In this document: in pieces, positions 25,201 through 37,200 of the stretch
Position numbering within the stretch: the first letter of the stretch is position 1
How the letters are laid out: every line of letters begins with the position of its first letter
DNA from: Mytilus trossulus
Taxonomy: Eukaryota
Assembly (NCBI RefSeq): GCF_036588685.1
Contig: NC_086381.1
Coordinates: forward strand, 52,328,001 to 52,392,000
Length of the DNA stretch: 64,000 bases
Direction: 5' to 3'
Position numbers and translations under genes: made by a program
Notes under the pieces: model-generated
The model's input: the letters and a program-made list of their open reading frames with translations, nothing else
Database searches by the model: none
What the model was told of the DNA's origin: nothing

Positions 25201-28200
25201 GTACTACATGTATGGACCAACTATTGGAAATTTACAAGTTTTTGTCACATCATCATCAAGAAGGTCTCTGTTCTGGTCTAAAGCAGGAACACAACCTGAC
25301 CAATGGGTTCAAGCCACCAGAACTATTAATTCAACAACAGATTTCAGAATGTCTATAACTGGAACTGTTGGAAAAGGACCCCAGGGTGATATAGCAATAG
25401 ATGATCTTACCTACACTGCTGGACCTTGTCCATTAAAACCAGGATGTGACTTTGAAAGTGGTTTCTGTGATTGGCAACAGAGTACAGCTGATGATTTCAA
25501 TTGGTCAATAGGTGTAAATGGTACAACATCAAGGGGAACTGGTCCCCCATTCGATCACACATATGGATCCAGCTCAGGTCACTATGCTTATATTGAAACT
25601 TCAGGACAACAACCTAATAACAGAGCAGTACTTACAACTCCTACAATTCTAGGACAGGCATACCAGGCTAAGTGTATGCAGTTCTGGTATCACATGTATG
25701 GCACAACAATTGGGTCTTTAAATATCTATATCCAAAATAATGGATCACAAGCACGTCAAATTTGGTCAAGGACAGGAAACCAACAAAACATTTGGAGGCA
25801 TGGACAAGTCAACATAAACAATTACGGACCTTACAAAGTTTTAATTGAAGGGGTCAGAGGTCTTAGTTACCAGGGTGATATTGCCATTGACGATGTTGTT
25901 ATTACTGATGGTTCGTGTTCTCCTGCAGGAACTTGTAATTTTGAACAGGATACCTGTGGATGGACCAATGCTTTGGTAGGAGATAATTTTGATTGGCAGA
26001 GAGATTATGGTGGAACAAGAAGTTCTAGGACTGGACCTAATGTAGATCATACCCTAGGAACTGTTCAAGGTCATTATATGTACATTGAAACATCAGGTAG
26101 TGGAAGAACCATTGGTGAGAAGGCATGGTTGGTCAGTGATATTATGAAACCAATAACCAGTGGCTGCATGAATTTCTGGTACCACATGTATGGAGCAGGT
26201 GTTGGAAAATTGAATATGTACAAACAGACATTTGGAACCACATCTATGAACTTAATATGGTCGTCCTCTGGTAACCATGGAAATGTATGGTTGATGTCAA
26301 CAGTTGCGGTTTCTTCTGCACAAGAGTTTAATGTGATCTTTGAAGGAGTGTATGGAGGAAATTATACTGGAGACATTGCTATTGATGATGTCAGCTTTAC
26401 AACATATGGATGTTCACAGATACCACCATCAACTACTTCAATGTACCCACCATCCACATCCAGAAGTCCATATCCACCAACAGCTATAGATTGCAACTTT
26501 GAAAATGGTATATGTTTATGGAATCAAGATCAAAATGATACATTTGATTGGTCAATGCATACAGGAGCAACCGTGTCGGCAAAAACAGGACCAATATCAG
26601 ATCACACACTTCAGAACTCAGCTGGACACTACGTTTATATAGAGGTATCAGGGAAAGCAGCCAATAGTACAGCAAGAATAATAAGTCCCAATGTCAACAT
26701 ACGTTCATCTGGTGTGTGTTTGAAGTTCTGGTACAATATGTATGGTGCTAATGTCAATAGACTGAATGTGTACTCTAGAAATGGTGGTGTGATGAGTCAA
26801 GTGTGGACTCGACTTGGAAACCAAGGTTTAGACTGGAAGTATGCTCAGGTACACATAACAAATCAAGGACTTGGTCAGCAGCTTGTGTTTGAAGGTGTGG
26901 CTGGAACTAGTTATAGTGGGGACATTGCACTGGATGATGTTACATTTAACACTGGAGACTGTCCACAGTCAACTGTATGTGATTTTGAAGATGGCCTCTG
27001 TGGTTACACACAAGATAAAAGTGATCAGTTTGACTGGACCCTACATACAGGAAGGACTAATAGTAATAGAACTGGACCTAGTGCAGATCACACTTTCCAG
27101 ACAAATGAAGGAACTTATATTTACATTGAGTCATCTTTACCTAGACATCAGAATGACAAAGCTCGACTAGACTCACCACTTTATCCACCTACTAGTGGCT
27201 CTTGTCTCAACTTCTATTACAACATGTATGGCAGAAATGTAGGAGCACTGAAAGTCTACATCAGACCAGCTGGTATCACTACCTTAGGTCGTCCTATGAG
27301 GACATTTGGACATAACCATGGAACTGACTGGTTTCCAGCTCAGCTTACTATCCAGAGTGGTACCCCATATAGGATAACATTTGAAGGGGTTATTGGTAAT
27401 GGCTATCAAGGTGACATTGCACTGGATGACATCATGCTGCGAACAGGAAGCTGTTCACCTAGAGGAAGCTGTGACTTTGAGCATGATACTTGTGAATGGA
27501 GAAACCGTGGAAATGACAAGTTTGACTGGGAGAGAGTGCATGGTAAAACTGTTACTTCAAATACTGGACCACCAGCTGATCACACTTTGAACACACAATA
27601 TGGAACTTACCTATACATAGAAGCTTCAACACCAAGAAAGCCTGGTGACAATGCTATCATTAGTTCACCATGGTTCCCTAATATTAATTCAAGCAGATGT
27701 TTAACATTGTGGTATAACATGCATGGTTCTGGGATGGGAACACTCAATATCTATAAATGGCTGCCAAGACAACAGAAACAGAAGGTCTTTTCTCTGACGG
27801 GAGAGCAAGGTACTGCATGGAAACAAGCCCAGGTGACCATACCACCCACAGCATCTGTTGGATACATTCTCTACATTGAAGCAGTTGTTGGTAGTAGTTA
27901 CCTAAGTGATATTGCTATAGACGATATATCTGTTATTGACTCCAGCTGTGCAGCAATACCCCCAACAACAACTGCATCATCATGTGCATACACATGTACA
28001 GGTGGAAATAGACAGTGTATAAGTAGTGACAAACTTTGTGACTTCAACCTAGATTGTTCTGATGGTGGAGACGAAGCACAATGTGGATATAGTTGTACAT
28101 TTGAAAATGGTCAGACATGTAAGTGGACGAACAGCTCCAAGACTTCCTTTACATGGTTAAAATTCAGAGGTGCTACTCCAGATTCCAACACTGGACCTTC

Positions 28201-31200
28201 AACAGATCATACAACAAATGGACCAAATGGATATTACATGTATGTGGATGCAAGTAATGGAGGATTTTACAACCATGCATACTTTACCAGTCCCATGTTA
28301 AAACAAGCCGCAAGCACCTGCCAAATGTCATTCTGGTATCATATGTACGGTTCAGGGATTGGAAACTTGTATGTGTTCTCCAAAACATCAGGAAGTTCAA
28401 CAAACACAAGACTTTGGAACTTGGCTGGAGATCAAGGCAACCGATGGAACCAGGCTATAGTCAGAATTGGTAGAATTGATACCAACTTCCAAATGATTAT
28501 TGATGCACGCAGATCATTCAGTACACAAGGAGATATTGCTATAGATGATATACAGTTACAGGGCTGTGGACTTCCTGCCGTTAGTACATCATGTGATACA
28601 ACTCATACTTTCCGTTGTCAGAGAGGATCATGTATATCACAGAATCGTGTTTGTGATTACACTGATGACTGCGGTGACAATACAGATGAACAGATCTCAA
28701 CCTGCAGCGCCTATCCAGGATGCAACTTTGAAACTGGCTTATGCAAATTCCAACAACTACAGGATGATGACTTTGATTGGACAAAGCGAGCAGGAACCAC
28801 TCCAACAGTAAATACTGGACCAGCAAGAGATCACACACTGAATACAAACTCTGGACAATACCTTTATATTGAAACATCTACACCTAGACAGCCAGGACAA
28901 AAGGCACGACTTGCTAGTCAATTCTTTCAAGCAGTACCAAACACTCCATATTGTACAATGAGAATATATTACTTCATGTTTGGAAAAGATGTAAATACAT
29001 TAGCAATCTATACAAGAACTGTCATAAATGGAGCACAGTTGCTGAGATACAGGAGAACAGGAAATCTAGGAGAGTACTGGGAAAGAAGGGAGATCACTGT
29101 GTCATCAACAGCACCATTCCAGTTTATTATAGAGGCAACTGTTGGTCAGTCAGCTTATAGTGACATTGCCATAGATGATATATCATTTACCACAAATTGT
29201 AGACCATACATGGGATCAGTATCAACTGTACCTGCAGGCTCTGTGACAACAGTGGCACCATCTGGTAAATGTCCTACAGGACAGTTCCAATGTACCAATG
29301 GTAAATGTATCAATGCCGCTTTAAGATGTGATTTCCTAAATCAGTGTGGTGACAATTCTGACGAACTTCAATGTCAGGAGTGTAACTTCCAATTCTCAAC
29401 ATGTGGTTGGGTAGACAAGAGTTCAGGAAGATATCAATGGGACAGACATAATGGATCCACATCTACTGGTCCTAGGACAGACCACACCTACGGCACCTCA
29501 TCCATTGGTAATTACATGTATGTGGATGCAGGCACTGGACAATCATATGGAAAAGCTGTACTAGTTGCACCACCATTTGGCAGCCTTAATTCTTTATGTC
29601 AACTTACTTTCTACTACTACAAGAACACAAATTCGGCCAATTCATCACTTCAACTCTTCTTGGTACCTGCTAATGTTCAATACAATGCAAACTTTGGTAG
29701 GATCAGAGTATGGTCAGCTTTTGGTAATCATGGTAACACTTGGAATTTGGCAACCGTTGGTATTGGCAGACGACAACCTGGATACTACCTTGTTTTGGAA
29801 TCTGTGCATTCTGGGACAGTAGATACGGCTGTTGATGACTTCCATTTTACAAACTGTGGGTTAGGTCCATCAACAACATTCTGTACAAACAATCAGTTTA
29901 CATGTGCAAGAAAATCTTGTGTCGATCTATCCTATGTATGTGACTATTCAGATGACTGTGGGGACCAATCAGATGAAAAGAATTGTACAAATTATGTTGA
30001 ACGTTGTAATTTTGAAACAGATCTTTGTAATTGGATTCAAGATGATACAGATAATTTCCAGTGGAGTTATGGACAAGGGAAAACATCAACCACTGGTACA
30101 GGTCCAGGGTCTGATCATACATATGGAACCACTGTAGGACATTATGTATACATTGAGTCCTCTTCTCCAAGGAAAATGGGAGATGCAGCCAGATTGAAGA
30201 GTCCTGTATTCTCTCAAAATTCTAATAATTGTAAAATAAGGTTCTATTATCATATGTATGGAGCTGATATTAATGCTCTCAACTTGTATGTGGAAAATTA
30301 TGAGACTGGACCAAGAAGCTTACTATGGACAAAGAATGGTTCTCAAGCTGACATGTGGATAAGAGCAGTGGTATCACTTACTAGCTCATCACCATTTAGA
30401 GTTGTAATAGAAGGGGTCAGAGGTAAAGGTTACAAAGGTGACATTGGAATTGATGATGTATCCTTCACTCCAGGATGTCAGGTAGTTTCAAGAGGGAAAC
30501 TCCCATATGTTTTTACACCCCCAGGGCCATGTGGAAAGGGCAAGTGGCAATGTACAAATAAGAATTGTATAGATTACAACAAGATGTGTGACTTTAAGAA
30601 TGATTGTGGTGACAACAGCGATGAATTGATGTGTCCTTCATCCTGTACATTCAGCAGCGGCAGCACATGTTATTGGACAAATAGTAATCCAGGAAACTGG
30701 ACAGTGACAAGCAATGGTAACCCTACACAAAATACTGGACCAAGCAGTGACCACACTTCTCCTACTACAACAAATGGAGGATATGCAGTTGCAAACAAAA
30801 TAGCCAATGGCACAAGTAATATATTCCGTTTCAATAGCCCCTTATATCATCAAGCTGGAAAGATGTGTAACTTCTCTCTGTGGTACAATATACATGGACA
30901 TGGATTTAGACAATTCCGTATTCTAATTCAATCTGGTGGCTCAGAAAGCACACTATTTTCACTTTATTATAGTGCTTTAAACAAACAAAATGGACAATGG
31001 CAACAAGCTCAAGTGGCATTACCTATTTGTGCGCAACAATTTCACATCATAGTAGAAGCCATAAGTTATGGTAGAAGAGCTGGATATGTTGCAATTGATG
31101 ATCTTCAGTTCAGTAACTGTGTAACACCCCAGTCTACAGGATCTTGTACAGCAAACCAGTACACTTGTCTCAGTGGCAACTGTGTCCCAATGAACTTGAG

Positions 31201-34200
31201 ATGTGACCTTCAGAATGATTGTTGTGATGGTTCAGATGAGATCAATTCCCTTTGTTCTGGATACAACCAGTGTACTTTTGAATACACAATGTGTGGCTGG
31301 CAGCAATTGAAAAATGATCAGTTTGATTGGATTAAAAAGAGAGGCCCTACTTCTTCATCTGGAACAGGTCCAAGTCAGGATCATACGACAGGTTCAAGGT
31401 CAGGCTATTATCTATATATAGAATCATCTAGACCTAGAAAGCAGAATGACACAGCTAGCATTGGTTTGTACTTGCCATCACCAACTGGCCAGTGTTCAAT
31501 GAGGTTCTGGTATCATATGTATGGATTGAACATAGGATCTCTAAATGTTTATCAAAATACACTAAGTACGGGAAAATCACAACTCGCTTCTATATCATCA
31601 CAACAAGGAAACAAATGGTTAAGAAAAGAAGTAGTATTAACATCTAATTCGCCATTCCAGGTCATCATTGAGGGCGTTGTTGGAGCCGGTGTTTCTGGTG
31701 ACATAGCTATTGATGATATAAGTTTCACACCAGGATGTGGTCAACCCAAGTATGTTACACCATCTGTAAAACCAATGACCACACCACGACCAAATCTCTG
31801 TCAACCAGGACAGTTCCAGTGTGATAATAACAAATGCATCAATAATGGACAAGTTTGTAATTTCTATACAGATTGTGATGATGGCAGTGATGAGAAGAGA
31901 TGCCCAACTGACTGTACATTTGAAGGAGGACAAGGTAATTGTGGATTTAATGAAACTCAAGTAGATGGTTTTGATTGGCAAGTTGGAACTGGTGGTGACA
32001 CTTCAAGACTTGTAGCACCAGCAGTTGATGCTACTAAACAAAATCAAAATGGTCACTTCCTGTATATTAATGACGGAACTGGTGGACATCCAAGTGGCAA
32101 AAAAGCTGAAGTGAGGAGTCCAACTTACACAGTAGCTAATGCAGATTGTAAAGTGATGTTTTCATACTACGCATATGGTCAGAGCCTGGGAACACTTTAT
32201 CTATACGTAGTTGAAGGGACTGTAAAAACACAATTATGGAGATTATCAAAGTTTGTACGCAAAACAAATGACCAGTGGCATACAATTACAGTTGGTATCG
32301 GTCACCGTAGCAAACCTTTTAATCTTCTCTTCACTGACACAGCATCAACATATAGTGGAGGTACCGCTCTGGACGACATAAAGTTTGCAGATTGTAGCAT
32401 GCAACCAGCAGTTTCCACTTGCAACACCCAGACACATTTCTCGTGTGGTAACAAAGCATGTATTGGTTTGAATTACTTATGTGACTTGACTGACAATTGT
32501 GGAGATGGTACAGATGAACTTAATTGTGGAACTTACAAGGAATACAACTTTGAGACTGGATTTAGTGACTTGATACAAAGTAATAATGGTGATGATGACT
32601 TTGATTGGACACTATTTTCTGGAGCAACATCAACTTCATATACTGGTCCCTTATGGGATCATACAACAGGAACCAGTCAAGGTCATTACATTTACATGGA
32701 GGCTTCTGGTAGAAAATTCAATCAGAAAGCATGGTTGATAACCAAACCATTCTACCGTACAACTGGAAAGGATTGTAGTATGAGATTCTACTCCTACATG
32801 TATGGACAGTATGTAAATACGTTGACAGTTTATTATAGAATCTACAACTCCGGCTCACCAACCAAAGATCTTTTCACCAGAGCTCAGGAACAAGGAGCAT
32901 ACTGGGAAAGGCATGAGATACCACTGAATGTCAGTCAAAGTTTCCAGATTATCATAGAGGCCAAGGTTGGTGACAGTTACCTTGGTGATATTGCCATTGA
33001 TGATTTGACCTTCACACCTGGTTGTCAATTTGCCCAGGAAGGCTTGCCAAATCCACCAGCCACTATACCATCACCATCTCAGGGAGCAGTGACCACACCT
33101 GTACCTAAGTGTGATCCAGATACACAGTTCCAGTGTCAACAGTCAAACAAGTGTATTCCAAAGTATAGAGTCTGTAACTTCCAACAGGACTGCAATGATG
33201 GGTCAGATGAATTTAATTGTGGTGAGTATTTGTAATTTTCTTATTGTAAAGCAATATAATAATTCCCACAGAAAGTAACCAAAAGTTAGGGTGCAATAAA
33301 TTCTGATATTGCACTAGTGCAATAAATCTGCAAAATTCATGACGTCATCAATGCCAAAATCATGGTTTAAACAAATTTTTACTCTCCAATATTATATTGC
33401 TATATTATAAAAGGGTTATTGCATGAATATTGGGGAATATTGTCCCTTGTAGAACATATGTAGTAGCACTTACAAGCTCTTGCAATATAAAATTCTACTC
33501 AGGACAATATTCCCCAATATTTATGCCCTATATTATTAAATAATGTACAGTTAAATCTGATTAAAATAAATTGAAAAGATTTACTTGTCCATATAAAGGC
33601 ATTTGGAAAGTCTTTCTTTATTTTCCTAAAAATTTACAAGGAATATTGGCCTTATATACTTAAATTCGTTGTTTATCTACATTTAAATTTGTGCTTTTAG
33701 TCCATATAAATTGATACACCAGTTGTTATTACAACAGCAACAATTCTGTTCAATGTCTTCAATTAGTTTCATGACACTTATAAGGCTTAACATTATAATT
33801 ACATAAAACAAAATAAAAATTAGAAGTTAGTAGTTGCATTATTGTTTTTTTTCAAACAGTGGAGGTTTCCTGTGGATTTGGACTAGATGAGTTATGTAAC
33901 TGGAATATCAACTCCTCATTAACTGCTACACCAGATCAAACATACAAATGGAAAATAGACCAAGGAGTTACCAAAATCAAAGGGACAGACTTTAGACCAA
34001 ACACGGACCAGAGTGGACAAGCTCAAGGATATTACTTGTGGGCTGACAGCTCTCCTGGATCCTTTGACAGCCATACAGAGCTGTACACACCAATAATAGG
34101 TCAGACTGGACCCCAGTGTGCTTTAGGATTGTACTATTTCATTCGTGGACCATCAGTAGGAGCTCTTGAGGTGTATACTCTCTTCAACAACCAAACAGAT

Positions 34201-37200
34201 CATTTATGGTCTGTTGAGGGCAATCATTTTGGTAGATGGCAACATGCAAGCGTCTTTATTGGAGCACGTTCAAATTTCCAAATTGTGATACAGGCAAGAC
34301 GCGGCCGTTCATTCCAAGGAGATATTTCTCTTGACACAGTGCAGTTTATTAACTGTCCAGCACCAGAACCCTTTGTAGGAGGTTGTCAGACTGGACAATT
34401 CCAATGTGCTAATGGATACTGTATAGATCAGAATAACCGCTGTGACTATGCTGATGATTGTGGGGATCAGAGTGATGAATATGTAAGTTTTTATTATATT
34501 GAAAGTGACAACCAAATTTCATATAAATTTTCCACAGGGATTGTCTCAGATTTTTATGCCCCGGCAACGAAGTTGTCGGTGCCATATAGTTTTACCCTTG
34601 TTAAATTGTTGAAAATCTCAGTTATATGGAAATTTTTCTATATGCTTCAGATTTTGAGACTACCATCATGTTTGTGTCCACATGTGTTATTGAAATTGCA
34701 GATTTTTCTACTTTTTGAGACAGGGCCATTGGTGTCGCTTTGTCACATCTAGTTTTTTTCTACATTCCCTAATTTAACACAGTATATAGAAAAAAATATT
34801 CTGAGATAAATGCCTATGGTATTTTACTCTAGATTACTGCAGAATTAAAATACACAAAAATTCATCAGCAATAGATAACACATGTCAAAAATGTACAAGT
34901 AGTTATTTAAGGTTCATATAATGTTGGATTATCATTTGAGTAGCATGACTCGGTTACCAAGAATATTTGAAAAAAAGTGACACCCAAGATTTATGCTCAT
35001 CTTTATATTTAGTTATTTGTTTTCATGTAAAATGAATGATTACTGAAAAAGTTATCACCACAATTAAAAAGTTATTCATATCCTCAATTGATTTTCAGCC
35101 TTTTTGTGAAATATCAAATTTAAATCTATTATTTTTCCTCTCCTCAACAGGCAGAAACATGTGACTCAGTGTACAAAGGAAGGTGTAGTTTTGAGCATGG
35201 TATTTGTCAGTCATGGTTTAATGACATCACGGATGACTTTGATTGGAAACTATCATCAGGCTCGACTGCTTCCAAGGGAACAGGTCCAGTTACAGACCAC
35301 ACAACAAGATCACGACAAGGTAAGATAAGTTGTTGAGGTTTACACACTATGTTTAGCTTATTCACCTTTTTAGATCTAAAGGACTATGGATAATCTCATT
35401 GTTTGTTTACCAAAATGAAAACAACATTATGTCATTGGTTAAATTTTCATTGTTTAAGAGGTATTCAACCTATCACAAAATATAACGTGACGGTACCCAA
35501 ATTGCACCTATTTTGACAGTTTTTCACCTACGTTTTTTTATGATCAAGAAGAAAATATCCATACTGTGTTTATTTTGTAGCCCTATCCTTCTTTATTGTA
35601 TAGGTACACCAATTTATTTTTTAATCCATATTGAGTCATAAAAAAATGGGTTTGAATCAACCTCCAAACTTTCCATGATTCTGTAATAAGGAGTACCCAA
35701 ATTGCATCCATGCTTAAATTCACATCGTCAAAAGTCTAATAACCGAGCTTTTGTTTAATTTCTTCAAATATTTTAAACAATTGGATATTAGTCCATGCTT
35801 ACTTTTCATATTTTTCGAAATGGATACTCATAACATATTGTATTTGCTAATTTTGAAAAGATGATGTTTTGATGACATCACACGGTGACGTTTTCGTACA
35901 TTTTGCTTTTTCAGTAAACAGTCCATCTGTTGATAAATACTGTGAACGTTTTGTGTAAATCTAAATATGTTTACCTATGTTGAAAGACGTGCATAGTATC
36001 AAATCATAAAAAAACAAATTGTTTAGTCTCTAGGAAATCTTGTAAGAATACCATTGCTATTTTTTCTAAATAGGTGCAATTTGGGTACTAGGTGCAATTT
36101 GGGTATCCTTACGTTAGGTTCAGCTTTTGAAAATATTACCTGAAAATGTATTAGATTAGAATGATTAGATACTGTGGATTCCTTATGGGTTTCCTGGGTA
36201 TATGTGAACCATGAATTCAAATGTTCAATGAATATCATATTTTCAATTGGCTTTGATTACAGAGATTGGCAAAACCACAAATTTAAATATCCACGAATAT
36301 GCAAGTTTTCAGCAATCCACGAAAATAAACCAATCCACAGTATTAGAAACAGTGATTTAATAACCATAGGCAAAATTACACTACAATCTGACATGTGGAA
36401 ATGATGAAATAATTGTTACTTGCTGGATCCAAATATATATTTAAATATCCAAAAAAGTATTAATTCCTAGTAGATCTTTAGATATTTTTGTAACAATAGA
36501 TTGCTTTTTTCTCCAGGAACCTACCTTTATACTGAGAGTTCAGCTCCAAATAAACCAGGTCAAATAGCAAGATTGGCTTCATACATCATCAAAGGAAGCG
36601 TAACCAACTGTCAGGTATTTAGTTTATATACATGAGAATAACAAGTTTTTTTAGTTGTACACTTTATACATTTAGCGAACCCATTCCAAGATAATTTGAA
36701 TGTCATGAATGAATGATTTACATGTGACCTTGTTTTTTTTTTTTTATTTCAGTTGAGATTTTATTATCACATGTGGGGTCAAGAAATTGGATCATTGGCC
36801 ATTATAAAGAGGTACAATTATATGTCTGATGGAATTTTAGTGATAGGAAATATAACAGGGAACCAGGGTGACAACTGGATCCGAGGACAATATGATTTAA
36901 CGGAAGATTCTATAAATATGAATCAGAACTTTGAGGTAAGAACAATATCTTAACTTTTGCAATTATAAGATTTAAAAATTTGGTAGGTTTTGACATATCA
37001 AAGCATAGTATAAACAAGACATCTAACTTGTAGGGATTCTATAATTCTATCCCATAATAAAACATATGTCACACTTGATGAGGGGCGTAAATAGGGGTAT
37101 CTGCTCAGAAGAACTTGAAATAAAATTGCCATTTCACGATGAACAAACAATTAAAAATTTCTTGCATGATGATCGCTTTACCTATATCACAAAACCCGGT

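Noticed and set aside
22948-31981. Antisense and alternative-frame ORFs inside the giant exon
   Set aside because: Short shadow ORFs of a long coding exon with no recognisable domains.
22880-33235. 3451-aa ORF as a standalone single-exon gene
   Set aside because: It has no signal peptide, starts mid-MAM, and has in-phase splice sites at 22767 and 33221 linking it to flanking exons.
34483-34752. C-terminal extension of ORF 33859..34752 as an alternative end
   Set aside because: It is read-through past a strong GTAAGT donor into a small HINE-like repeat (~34552-34756), with no supporting evidence.
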